The notes below the pieces were generated by a model. That model searched no databases. It was not told where the DNA came from and saw only the letters and a list, made by a program, of their open reading frames with translations. Below are positions 25,846-35,270 of a DNA stretch of 64,000 nt, one piece after another (positions within the stretch are counted from its first letter, which is position 1; each line of letters begins with the position of its first letter). Position numbers and translations under genes: made by a program. The stretch is from Acidimicrobiales bacterium (GTDB lineage: Bacteria > Actinomycetota > Acidimicrobiia > Acidimicrobiales > DATDAH01): the NCBI GenBank assembly GCA_041918615.1, contig JAYRVH010000043.1, positions 143,350-207,349 on the forward strand, written 5' to 3'.

Positions 25846-27921
25846 GTGCCCGTTCACGATGGGCAGTTGCAGCAGCGACGAGGGCGGGAGCGACCTATGG
25901 AGGCAGATCGAGGCACGGGTCACGGCCCTTCGTCGACGTCGCGCCTCACCGGCTGCAGGCTACGCGACCTGACCGCGCGGCAGCGGGTCACGGCCTTGGT
26001 ACTCGCGGTCGTCGTGGCCGCACCGTTCGTCATCGCGGCGTTCCAGGCCCATGCGGACGGGTGGTACCCGATCGGTGACAACGGCACGATGTTGACGGTT
26101 GCTCGTCAGGTCTTCAGTGCCCATCCCCCCTTGACCGGCGAGGTCGCCTCGGGCACACGGTACGGGGGCCACCCGTTCCATCCCGGGCCGATGGTCTACT
26201 ACGTGCTCGCGCCGTTCGTCGCCGTCTTCGGTGGCGCCACCGGCCTGTTGGTGGGCGCGGCGGTGGTGTCAACGGCCTCCGTCCTCCTGATCGGCTACGT
26301 CGCCCTGCGGACCGCGGGCCCCTACGCCGCGCTCTGGGCCTGGGTGACGACGCTCCTCATGTGCTGGTCCCTCGGCGGAACGGCCTTCCTCTATCCGCCG
26401 TTCAAGACCATCTCGGCCCTTCTCGTCATCCTGCTCTTCCTCTACACGAGCGCGGCCCTGGTCAGCGGTCGGAGCACGCTGCTGCCGCTCTGGGTGCTCG
26501 CCGCCTCGTACCCGATGGCAGCGACCATGCGCTACCTGCTTCCGATCGCGGCCGTGGCAGGGGTGACGGCGGCACTCGTCGTGGCCCAGAGGTGGCGACG
26601 TGCCACCGCCGACCCCGACACCGCCGCGTCGTTTCGGCAGCGAGCGCTCGCCGTGGCGACCCTCGACCGGTCCGAGCGACGATCGGTCGTCATCGGCGCG
26701 CTCCTCGCCGTGGCCTGCTGGTGGGCGCCGGCCTACGAGGCCGCCACCAACAGGGGCGGCAACGTCCTCGAGCTGTACCGGGCATCGCGCGCTGCCGCAG
26801 AATCGACGGACGGGCTCCGGCTGGCGATCGGTGAGCAGGCCAAGGCGCTGCTGCTCGACCCGGTGCAGAATGCGGTGGGCTTCGGAACCCCGGCGACCGG
26901 CCACGTCGTGGTGGTCGTGCTCCTCATGGCGGCTGTCGGCGTCATCCTCGTGCGCCGGCACCGGCTGATGGGCCGGGCCCGGTGGGCGTATGTCCTGATT
27001 GCACTCGCGGCGCTCGTGTTCATGGTCGTCTCGTTGGCGACCACGCCGGCGGACGAGGGCTTCGGCAGCTACCGGACCCTGGCCGCCTCGCCGGTCGGCG
27101 CCTTCGTGGTCTTCGCCGCCGGGCTCGTGGCCGCACTCGCGCTGCGGTCACCCCGGCCGTCGATGGTGCCCGCTCTGCGAGCCTCGGCCATCGGCGCGGT
27201 CGTCCTCGGCTCGTTGGCGATCGCGGTTCCCGGGCCCATCGACGCATCCACCGAGTCGGACCGGTGGGCGTATGCGGCGACGCGCGGACTCGTGGACGAG
27301 GCCGCTCCCCTGCTGCAGGCGGATGGCCGGTGGCGGGTGTGGGTGATCGGCGGGCGGACGACCCCGACGGTGCTCGTCGGCTTCAAGGCCGGCCTGGAGG
27401 CGGCGGGCGTGGACACCGGAATCGACTCACGTGCACCCGGGCTTGGTGCCACGCTCGACCAAGAGCCGCCCCCACTCGCCGGCGACGTGCTGTTCACGGT
27501 GTCGGGGCTCCGTCCTCCCCAGGGCGACTGGACCGTCGTCGGCACCTACGACCCGCCGGATCGGTCCACCGCCGAGGCCGACGAGACGGCTCGCCAACTC
27601 GTCGACTTCGCCCGACAGACCAATCCCCGACCCCTGGAAGCGTTCGTCCAGACGGTGCCGAGGTTCATGTGCCCCGAGCTCGCCCCGCAGGGCTTCCAGG
27701 GCGATTGCCCCGCAGCCGCCGAGATCCTGGCTACCGAGAACCCCGTCGCCGAGCTCCCCCCTGCAATCGTGGCGCTGGTGTACCTGGTCCAGTTCGGTGA
27801 GAACTCGCAGTTCCCGGTCATCGATGGCCCGAAACCACCCCAGGAGCTGCTCGACGCGGCCGCCGAGACCTGGGACGACGTTCCCCTCACCGTGTACGCG
27901 CTGCGTCCCGGCGACTCCTGA
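25846..27921 (+). CDS. Large polytopic membrane protein, possibly a GT-C-fold glycosyltransferase
   Basis: 691-aa ORF with about 10 or more hydrophobic helices over the first ~470 aa, then a soluble C-terminal domain. Divergent from the GT2 gene. The function is inferred only from architecture, and the start is uncertain. Confidence 0.55.
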   Translation: MPVHDGQLQQRRGRERPMEADRGTGHGPSSTSRLTGCRLRDLTARQRVTALVLAVVVAAPFVIAAFQAHADGWYPIGDNGTMLTVARQVFSAHPPLTGEVASGTRYGGHPFHPGPMVYYVLAPFVAVFGGATGLLVGAAVVSTASVLLIGYVALRTAGPYAALWAWVTTLLMCWSLGGTAFLYPPFKTISALLVILLFLYTSAALVSGRSTLLPLWVLAASYPMAATMRYLLPIAAVAGVTAALVVAQRWRRATADPDTAASFRQRALAVATLDRSERRSVVIGALLAVACWWAPAYEAATNRGGNVLELYRASRAAAESTDGLRLAIGEQAKALLLDPVQNAVGFGTPATGHVVVVVLLMAAVGVILVRRHRLMGRARWAYVLIALAALVFMVVSLATTPADEGFGSYRTLAASPVGAFVVFAAGLVAALALRSPRPSMVPALRASAIGAVVLGSLAIAVPGPIDASTESDRWAYAATRGLVDEAAPLLQADGRWRVWVIGGRTTPTVLVGFKAGLEAAGVDTGIDSRAPGLGATLDQEPPPLAGDVLFTVSGLRPPQGDWTVVGTYDPPDRSTAEADETARQLVDFARQTNPRPLEAFVQTVPRFMCPELAPQGFQGDCPAAAEILATENPVAELPPAIVALVYLVQFGENSQFPVIDGPKPPQELLDAAAETWDDVPLTVYALRPGDS

Positions 27922-27972
27922 AGGCGAGGCTCGTCTCCAGGAGCCGAGGTACCGGGGAGCCGGCGCCCCTCA

Positions 27973-28773
27973 TCAACCCAGGGGGTCGGCGAAGGGGTCG
28001 AGGTTCGCCGCCACGATGGGCGCCTCCCTGACGGCCTCGTCGACGCCGAAGCGGGCGTAGCCATCGACCTCGAGAGCCTCGGCGAGCTCGGGGCCGCCCG
28101 ACTCGCGGATGCGGCCCGCCACCAGGATGTGGACGTGGTCGCTCTTCAGCTCGTGCAGCAGGCGGCTGTAGTGGGTGATGGCGAGCACGCCAAGGCCCCA
28201 TTCGGTGGTGGCCTCTTCGACCCGACGGCTCACCATGCGCAGCGCGTCGACGTCGAGGCCCGAGTCGAGCTCGTCGAGGATCGCGATCGCCGGCTGGAGC
28301 ACCCCGAGTTGCAGCGTCTCGTTGCGCTTCTGCTCGCCACCCGACAGGTCGACATTCAGCTCGCGGGCGAGGAAGCGCTCGTCGAAGCCGATGCGCTCGG
28401 CCTCGACGACCATGCGGGCCCGCATGTCCGCGAAATCGCGGCCGCTGGCCCGGAACGACTCGGTGAACAGATCTTCGAGCGAAACACCAGGGACCTCGGT
28501 GGGATACTGCATCGCCAGGAACAGACCGGCCTGGGCGCGCTCCCACGGTGCCAGGGTCAGCAGGTCGACACCGTCGAGCGTCACGGACCCGGCGGTGACC
28601 TCGTAGCCGGGACGACCCGTGATCACGTGCGACAAGGTGGACTTGCCCGAGCCGTTGGGGCCCATCACGGCGTGGACCTCGCCGCTACGCACCGTGAGGT
28701 CCACGCCCCGGAGGATCTCGCGACCCTCCACCGAGGCACGCAGCCCGTCGACCACCAGCTCATGAGCGCTCAC
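27973..28773 (-). CDS. sufC: SufC-like ATPase (copy 1, divergent, with a C-terminal extension)
   Basis: GPNGSGKST, LSGGEQKRNE, LDELDSGLD and ITHY motifs. The GTG start overlaps the Rieske gene stop (GTGA). Confidence 0.85.
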   Translation of the reverse strand: MSAHELVVDGLRASVEGREILRGVDLTVRSGEVHAVMGPNGSGKSTLSHVITGRPGYEVTAGSVTLDGVDLLTLAPWERAQAGLFLAMQYPTEVPGVSLEDLFTESFRASGRDFADMRARMVVEAERIGFDERFLARELNVDLSGGEQKRNETLQLGVLQPAIAILDELDSGLDVDALRMVSRRVEEATTEWGLGVLAITHYSRLLHELKSDHVHILVAGRIRESGGPELAEALEVDGYARFGVDEAVREAPIVAANLDPFADPLG

Positions 28774-29087
28774 GGCAGCACCACCCAGACATCGCCGTCG
28801 ATGACATCGACCTCGTAGACCGGGGTGGGTTTCGTGGCCGGCAGTGCCGCGGGCACGCCCGTGGACAACGAGAAGGCACTGCCGTGCTTCCAGCACTCGA
28901 TCTGGCGCTCCTCGACGAGCACGTCGCCCTCGGACAGCGAGATGTCCTGGTGGGTGCACCGGTCGCCCAGGGCATACACGTCGTCATCGATACGGACCAG
29001 GGCCAGCCGGCGGTCACCGACGCTGACGGCACGGGCGGTGCCCGGTTCGATCTCGTCGAGGGCGCAGAGCCGCTCACGTGTCGCCAT
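28770..29087 (-). CDS. Rieske [2Fe-2S] ferredoxin associated with the suf operon
   Basis: 105 aa with CTHQ...CWKHG (CxH...CxxH). ATGA overlap with the sufD stop. Confidence 0.85.
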   Translation of the reverse strand: MATRERLCALDEIEPGTARAVSVGDRRLALVRIDDDVYALGDRCTHQDISLSEGDVLVEERQIECWKHGSAFSLSTGVPAALPATKPTPVYEVDVIDGDVWVVLP

Positions 29088-30358
29088 CAGTCCACCGGCC
29101 CTTCGAGCTTGTCGGTGATGCGCCCGCGCAGCATGGCGACGAGGGGCGCGACGGGTATCTGGTTGAGCACCTCGGTGAAGAACCCTGCGACGACCAGGCG
29201 CTCGGCGACGGCGGGCGGAACGCCCCGGCTCTCCAGGTAGAACCGCTGCTGCTCGTCGATGGGACCCACGGCCGAGGCGTGGCTGCAGTGGACGTCGTTG
29301 TTCTCGATCTCGAGGTTGGGCACCGACTCGGCCCAGGCGTGCTCGGAGAGCTTGATGTTGCGGTTCGTCTGGAACGCGTTGGTGCCCCGCGCGTCGGGGC
29401 GGACACGGATGAGGCCGGTGTAGACCGACCGCGAGTGCCCACCAACGGTGCCCTTGAACAAGAGGTTGCTCGTGGTGTCGGGCGCGACGTGGTCCTGGAA
29501 CGTGCGGAAGTCGAGCGTCTGGGTGCCATCGCCGAAGTACACCGCGAGCAGGTCGCCCGATGCCCCCCTTCCGGTGAGCGCGCAGTCGGTACGCAAGCGG
29601 GCATAGTCGCCACCCAGAGCCGCAGTGGCCGACACGAGTTGGCCCTGCGTGCCCACCCTCGACGCCTGCGTGCCGATCTGCCACACCTGTCGACCGAGGT
29701 CCTGCACAGCCAGGTAGGTGACCCGGGCCGACGCGCCGAGATCGAGCTCGACGACCGGCACGACCACCGCGCGCACGTCAGCCGACACCTGTAGGTCGAC
29801 CAACGTGAAGGCGCTGTTCTCGCCGGCACGGACCGCGAGGCGGGGAAGCGACAGCGCGTCGGCGGCCGCGGTGTACTGGACCACCACGATCGGCAAGTCG
29901 ACGTCCACCCCGCGAGGCACGTCGAGCACGGCAGGGCACGGGGCAAAGCCATCGCTCAGCGCCCCGAAGTAGTCGTCGGGTGCACCGACCACGGCTCCGA
30001 GCACTGCCTCGCCGGTGGCTGCGCCTGCAGCGGTGGAGAGGACCACGCCCGCCACCCCGTGCGCTTCATCGAGGTCGGCGTGAACCAGGTGGCCGTCGAC
30101 GACCACCAACAGGCCCGACCGGGGACCCACCACCGCATCGGCGCGCTGCCGACACTGCTCGACGATGGCCGCGGGGTCCGAGGGCGCGGCGACGAGCGGG
30201 AAGTCGTCGGCCACGAACTCGCCGATGCGGCCATAGCGCCACACCTCCTCGTCGGTGGTGGGAAGGGCAGCGTCCGCGAATCGCTCGGCGGAACGGGCGC
30301 GACGGCGCTGGAGCCAGTCTGGCCCAGCGGAGGCGGTGACAGCGTCGGCTTGTGACAT
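29087..30358 (-). CDS. sufD: Fe-S cluster assembly protein SufD
   Basis: 423 aa. The C-terminal beta-helix region has SufD motifs (QTNRNIKLSEHA, VHCSHASAVGPIDEQQRFYLESRG). Confidence 0.9.
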   Translation of the reverse strand: MSQADAVTASAGPDWLQRRRARSAERFADAALPTTDEEVWRYGRIGEFVADDFPLVAAPSDPAAIVEQCRQRADAVVGPRSGLLVVVDGHLVHADLDEAHGVAGVVLSTAAGAATGEAVLGAVVGAPDDYFGALSDGFAPCPAVLDVPRGVDVDLPIVVVQYTAAADALSLPRLAVRAGENSAFTLVDLQVSADVRAVVVPVVELDLGASARVTYLAVQDLGRQVWQIGTQASRVGTQGQLVSATAALGGDYARLRTDCALTGRGASGDLLAVYFGDGTQTLDFRTFQDHVAPDTTSNLLFKGTVGGHSRSVYTGLIRVRPDARGTNAFQTNRNIKLSEHAWAESVPNLEIENNDVHCSHASAVGPIDEQQRFYLESRGVPPAVAERLVVAGFFTEVLNQIPVAPLVAMLRGRITDKLEGPVD

Positions 30359-30500
30359 GGGTCGAATCAGTGCCTCATGGGACTCGGTCGCTTCGCGCGA
30401 GGCGAGAGGGAGCCACGACTGACCCCGCAGACGGTCATCCTACCGGCGGCAGGAGGAGCTCAGCGGCTCGGATCGTGCCCGTGCAACGGGACCCTCAGGG

Positions 30501-30851
30501 CTACTTCTTGCGCTTCTTCTTCCGGCGGAAGCGACCCTTGCGACCCCGGTCGGCCTCCAGGTCGGCCAGAACCTGCGGGCCGGCGGCATTGATGATGTTC
30601 TCGGCCTCGTCGAGCAGCGCAGCCACGCTGCCGTCGTCCTGGCCCAGGCTCGGTGGCTCGGCCGGAGACGGTGGCGTGACCAGGGTGCCGTGGCTCCACC
30701 CCACGTCGGCGAGCCGCCGGGTGTACTTGGGGCAGTCCGCCGGGCATCGCCACGGGGCTTCGGGGGCGAGATCGAGGTCGCACTTGCGGACCGTCTCGCC
30801 GTTCGCATACGAGCGGCTCTCGAAGTACTTGCAGTCCTCGCGCATCGGCAT
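30501..30851 (-). CDS. Small 4-Cys protein with a polybasic tail (hypothetical)
   Basis: 116 aa: MPMREDCKYF...RKCDLD...WRCPADCPKY...RGRKGRFRRKKKRKK. It is the last part of ORF 30501..31448. The start could lie up to ~28 codons upstream. Confidence 0.55.
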   Translation of the reverse strand: MPMREDCKYFESRSYANGETVRKCDLDLAPEAPWRCPADCPKYTRRLADVGWSHGTLVTPPSPAEPPSLGQDDGSVAALLDEAENIINAAGPQVLADLEADRGRKGRFRRKKKRKK

Positions 30852-30991
30852 CCCGCCATCTTGCCAGGGATCGAGCGGGCAAAATGGCGCACCCGGTTCG
30901 GCCGCCCGCAGCTCGAGGGGCTCGGCGAGGTGAACGAGGGACGAGGGACGAGGGGGCGGATCCCAGGGGTGATGCGGGCCTGCTTGCGAAC

Positions 30992-31954
30992 TCAGTCCGC
31001 CCCGCCCGGGCTGGTGAGTGCGCCTGGCGCGACCGTCGTGACCGTGACACGCACCATCCCGTCGGCGACCGCGAGGTGGTGGCGGTCGGTGTCGGCACTC
31101 ACCTCGTCGTCGCCGAGGTCCAGTACGGCCACCGGCGTGAGCTTCCGACCATGCCAGGGGCACACCTGGCAACGCCCCTCGATGGGCAACGGGTCGAGGT
31201 CGGCGCCCTCGTGCGGGCACATACGGGCAAACGCGAGGAGCTTGCGGCCCTCCCTGGTGAGCTTCAGGCCGAGATGGTCGTTGCGGCCCACATAGGCCCA
31301 ACCGCCCTCGACCACCTCGTCGACGGGGATGGGCGGGTACACGGGCACCGGCATCGGCGGGTCGGGCACCACCACGTTGTTGGCCCCGACGTGCAGCGTG
31401 TCGCGTATGTCGCGCGGCGCGCCGTCGCCCTTGTAGGTGTAGCCCCACGAGCGCAGCTTGCCGCGGCGTTCCCGCAGGACGCGGTCCTCGGACATGAGCT
31501 TGCGGTGGTTCTTGCGCAGGAGGAAGCGGATCGCCGGCCAGAAGAGCATCCAGAACGGCCGCGCCGCCACGGTGTAGGTCGTGACGGCCCGCGTGCGCGT
31601 GGGCGTGAGCGCGATGAACTCGTGCTCGGTGACCATGGTCCAGGCCATCACGGTCACGAAGTGGGTCTGGTGGTTGGGCTCGGTGTCGTAGTGCACCAGG
31701 ATCAGGGGGAAGGGCACCCCGAGCACCTTCTGGAAGCTGATCGACGCCTGCAGGTCGTGCTCGGCCACGCAGACGATGTCGTTGATCAGGCTGTGCACGA
31801 AGTTGCGGTGCAGGACGTCCTTGTTGTTCCAGTCCACGTCCGTGGGCAGGTACTCACCCTCGGTGTCCAACTGCACGGTCCGGTGCACCATCCCGTGGTC
31901 ACCGAGCCGCTCCAGGATGGCGGTGTAGTCGAGCTTCAACACGGCATCCGACAC
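30992..31954 (-). CDS. Two-domain protein: unknown N-terminal domain plus a C-terminal Rieske-type [2Fe-2S] domain
   Basis: 320 aa from a GTG. The C-terminal region has CPHEG...CPWHG (CxH-N17-CxxH). The N-terminal ~200 aa match no motif I can name. Confidence 0.7.
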   Translation of the reverse strand: MSDAVLKLDYTAILERLGDHGMVHRTVQLDTEGEYLPTDVDWNNKDVLHRNFVHSLINDIVCVAEHDLQASISFQKVLGVPFPLILVHYDTEPNHQTHFVTVMAWTMVTEHEFIALTPTRTRAVTTYTVAARPFWMLFWPAIRFLLRKNHRKLMSEDRVLRERRGKLRSWGYTYKGDGAPRDIRDTLHVGANNVVVPDPPMPVPVYPPIPVDEVVEGGWAYVGRNDHLGLKLTREGRKLLAFARMCPHEGADLDPLPIEGRCQVCPWHGRKLTPVAVLDLGDDEVSADTDRHHLAVADGMVRVTVTTVAPGALTSPGGAD

Positions 31955-31992
31955 TAGTCCGCCGGTGGGGGCTGCCTGGCCAAACGCCTGGC

Positions 31993-33660
31993 TCAGGCAG
32001 CCGTGGGTTCGGGCTCGCGCTGGCGCTCGGGCGCACCCGAACCCAGCCCCCGACGACGCTGACGGAGCAGGGCGTCGAGTTGGGTGGCCTCTTCGTCCTT
32101 GCCGAACCAGGTCCGGGCGTAGCCGAGGAGGCGCTTCGGCCGAAGCACGTTGGCCACACCGTAGAACGAGCACAGCATCAGCAACTGCGCGGTGCGGAGC
32201 TTCCGGGTGCTCATGCGCGGGTTGTAGCTCTGGTGCATGCCCGACGACCAGGACAGGGCAGTGTAGGGATACTCCTCGGTGACCTCGAGGATGCCGGCGT
32301 CGACCAGCTTCTTGAAGTCGGCGCTACCGGGATAGGGGCCGAATATCATCACCGCGGCATCGTTGGCCCCGGCCCGTGCGGCGCGCATCATGAAGCGGAA
32401 CGACTTCAACACGTCGGACCAGCGCTCTTCGGGGTGGCCGATGATGATGTTGATCTTGGTGACGAGACCGATCCGCTTGGCGTCGCGCAGGGACGTCAGG
32501 ATCATGTCGAGGCTGACCCGCTTGTCGTAGATCTCGAGCATGCGCTCGCCACCGGCCTCGGGGGCGTAGGTGATGTTGCGGCAACCCGTGTCCCACAGCC
32601 GCTGCAGCACCTCGGCGTCGAGGGCTTCGGCCCTGGTGCCGACAGGTAGCTGCCAGATGAGGCCGGGGGCCCGCTCCTCGAGGGCGTCGCAGAACCGCAG
32701 CGTCCACTGGCGCTTGGTGATGGCCGTGAGGTCGCAGAAGTTGACGTTGCGGACGCCGTAGCGCTCGACGTAGTCGGCGATCTCGTCGGCGACCTCGTCC
32801 GGCTCACGCACCACGTACCGGGTGGTCCACATCTGCGGCGACGAGCAGAACGAGCATTTGTAGGGACACCCGCGGGTGGCGAGCACCGGCATCGAGCGAC
32901 CCCGGTTGACGCCGAACGAGTCGGCGAAGCGGAAGTACTCGTCCAGCGGGAAGAGCTCCCAGGCGGGCCGGGGCACCTCGGGCAGCTTCTTGGTGGTGAT
33001 GCGTGTGGTCAGGCCCCCGTCACAGGCCTCGCCGCCGTTGCGGAAGACCACACCCTCGAACCCGTCGAGCGGCACGCCGTTGGCCACTCGGTCGGCCAGC
33101 TCGACCACGGTCAGCTCGCCCTCGCCCAGCACGCAGGCGTCGATGGCGTCGGTCTGCTCGAACATCCACTTCCAGTAGCCCGTGGCGTTCTCGCCACCAC
33201 AGACGATGAAGGCGTCGGGGAAGCGCGCCCGGATGGCCTCGGCGATCTCGCGCACGTGGGGCCACTCGTGCAGGAACATGTGGGTGATCCCGATCATCTT
33301 GGTGTCGGGATGGATGCGGTCCACGATCTCGTCGATCGGAAGCCCGCATTGCCGCAGGCGTCCGATGGGGCTGTCGACATCGACGATGCGGTCGATCCCC
33401 TCGCCCGCGGAATCGATCACGTCGACCTGGTGACCGCTGTCGCGGAGCACGGCGGCGATGTAGGCCAACCCGATCGGGGGCACCGGCCCATACCAGGAGA
33501 AGCTCTTCGGAAAAACGATGGTGTTCGGTCGCACCAGCGCCACTCTCGTGGACAATCGCCCCACTGGTCGACCGAGCGTCACGCTCGTCGATGACATCCG
33601 ACGGAATCTACCAGGGAATGGCCCGGCGTCCCAGGTCCGTGCCGCCGACCCCTGGCTCAT
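31993..33660 (-). CDS. B12-binding-domain radical SAM enzyme (class B)
   Basis: N-terminal Rossmann-like B12 region (VALVRPN...PPIGLAYIAAVLRDSGHQVDVID). CxxxCxxC is present as RGCPYKCSFC. The ATG at 33660 overlaps the upstream stop (ATGA); an alternative ATG is at 33597. Confidence 0.9.
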   Translation of the reverse strand: MSQGSAARTWDAGPFPGRFRRMSSTSVTLGRPVGRLSTRVALVRPNTIVFPKSFSWYGPVPPIGLAYIAAVLRDSGHQVDVIDSAGEGIDRIVDVDSPIGRLRQCGLPIDEIVDRIHPDTKMIGITHMFLHEWPHVREIAEAIRARFPDAFIVCGGENATGYWKWMFEQTDAIDACVLGEGELTVVELADRVANGVPLDGFEGVVFRNGGEACDGGLTTRITTKKLPEVPRPAWELFPLDEYFRFADSFGVNRGRSMPVLATRGCPYKCSFCSSPQMWTTRYVVREPDEVADEIADYVERYGVRNVNFCDLTAITKRQWTLRFCDALEERAPGLIWQLPVGTRAEALDAEVLQRLWDTGCRNITYAPEAGGERMLEIYDKRVSLDMILTSLRDAKRIGLVTKINIIIGHPEERWSDVLKSFRFMMRAARAGANDAAVMIFGPYPGSADFKKLVDAGILEVTEEYPYTALSWSSGMHQSYNPRMSTRKLRTAQLLMLCSFYGVANVLRPKRLLGYARTWFGKDEEATQLDALLRQRRRGLGSGAPERQREPEPTAA

Positions 33661-35270
33661 CCGCCGGCCACGGCCCCCTGGGCTGCGAGTTCGGGGCCCA
33701 CCCGGTCCCACATGGCCTGTGCCATCTGGCGAGCGCACGCCTCGTCGGTGTGCACGACGTCGTAGAAGCACTGCTGGCCGTCGAAGACGTGGGTCAGGTC
33801 GGTGACCTGCTCTGGCAGGCGGTCGGTGATGGCCGGCTCCCATCCGGCGGCACGGGGCTGCCAGAAGTACCGGACCGGCACCTGGTGGTCCAGGGCGAGG
33901 TCATCGACCAGTCCGAGGGCACGTTGGTAGATGTCGAGTGCGGCTTCGGTCTGTTCCTCGGGCGTTCCCTGCACCGCCAGGTCGGCGCCGGGCAGCGACG
34001 GCTGACGCTCCGTGACCGTGTCGTAGAACCGCCACGCGGCGCTGTTGCGCCGGTAGCTGTCCATCAGCTCCGACAACCCGTCGAGGGTGTCGGGCGGGGT
34101 CGCCCGCTCCTCGCGGAAGTCGCGGATCAACCCGTCGATGACCACCGCCGAGTGGTGCGTCGGATCGGGGTTGAAGTCGGTCATCTGGACGTCGAACTCG
34201 TTGAACCCGTCGAGGAACACGACCATGTCGAACTGCTCGCCCGCACTGAGGAGCCGCTCCAGGTACTGGTGCTCCTGCCAGGCCACCCAGGCCGGGAAGC
34301 CGTAGTTGTGCACCTCGACGGCGACCCCGTTCGCCTCCGCGATGCGGGCGAAGGCCGACGGGATCGTGTGCTCGTCGCGCTGGCCCACTCCGAACATCAC
34401 CGAACCACCGAAGAAACCCACCTTCAGTGGCTCGACCCCGGCCGGGACCGGGGGCTCGTACGACAGGCGCTCGCGCTCGTTGACGTTGACGGTCTCGCTC
34501 GTGAAGTCGTTGTGCCCGCGCACGATGTAGGGGACGTAGTCGTTGGTCTGCAGCTCGAACGCAGCCATGTCCTGGCCATGTTGCGGCGCCCAGGGAGCGG
34601 CGTTGATCGGCGGATTGCCCATGTCGCGGGACAGCGATTGCTCGATCTGAGCGACCAGGTCACCCCGGTCGATGGGCGGGAGTGTCTCGGTCGCCGTCAT
34701 CACGACCCCGACGGCGAGGTCGACGGCCACGAGCACGGCGACGACGAACACCGCGGTGACCAGCTTCGACCGCTTGGCACCGGGGACGACCGCCGGCTCG
34801 GTGCCGAACCCCCGCTTCGGTGAACCGGTCGGGCCCATCGCCACCTTGGGGATCCACCCTTCGCCCAGGCCGCGCGGGCGGCCGAGCCGACCCCGGTGGA
34901 ACACCAACTCGAACACAGCGGCCGGCACGAAGAACAGGGCGAACGTCACCGAGAGCAGGCCCCAGCGAAGGACATGGCCCACCGCCCGCCCGAACCAGTC
35001 GAGCCCGCGCACGAACGACCGGTCGAATGCCGGCGACGTGACCCTCGCAACGGTCACGCCCGTGATCACCGTGACGAGCACGACTGCTCCGACCCATCGG
35101 TCGCGTGACACGAGGAGTCCCGCCACCAACAGCGCCACGCCGACCGGGAGCAGTAGCGAGAGTGCCCGGTGACGGGAGCGGGCGGGTGGCTCTCCCGCAC
35201 CCCACCAGGGCGCCGGCAACTCGCCTTGGATCACGGTGGGCGCCGATGATCCGGTGTCAGCCGTGCTCAT
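33657..35270 (-). CDS. TM-anchored SGNH/GDSL-like hydrolase or acyltransferase (intact paralog of 2409..3983)
   Basis: 537 aa from an ATG that overlaps the upstream stop (ATGA). N-terminal TM helices are followed by FFGGSVMFG, RDEHTIPS and D-V-V-H motifs. Confidence 0.8.
   Translation of the reverse strand: MSTADTGSSAPTVIQGELPAPWWGAGEPPARSRHRALSLLLPVGVALLVAGLLVSRDRWVGAVVLVTVITGVTVARVTSPAFDRSFVRGLDWFGRAVGHVLRWGLLSVTFALFFVPAAVFELVFHRGRLGRPRGLGEGWIPKVAMGPTGSPKRGFGTEPAVVPGAKRSKLVTAVFVVAVLVAVDLAVGVVMTATETLPPIDRGDLVAQIEQSLSRDMGNPPINAAPWAPQHGQDMAAFELQTNDYVPYIVRGHNDFTSETVNVNERERLSYEPPVPAGVEPLKVGFFGGSVMFGVGQRDEHTIPSAFARIAEANGVAVEVHNYGFPAWVAWQEHQYLERLLSAGEQFDMVVFLDGFNEFDVQMTDFNPDPTHHSAVVIDGLIRDFREERATPPDTLDGLSELMDSYRRNSAAWRFYDTVTERQPSLPGADLAVQGTPEEQTEAALDIYQRALGLVDDLALDHQVPVRYFWQPRAAGWEPAITDRLPEQVTDLTHVFDGQQCFYDVVHTDEACARQMAQAMWDRVGPELAAQGAVAGG

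Noticed and set aside
28770-29087. The small Rieske ferredoxin between sufD and sufC1 might be part of the novel inserted cluster.
   Set aside because: It is translationally coupled to both sufD and sufC1 (ATGA/GTGA overlaps). As far as I recall, a Rieske ferredoxin in this position is a recurring feature of actinobacterial suf operons. I therefore treat it as suf-associated.
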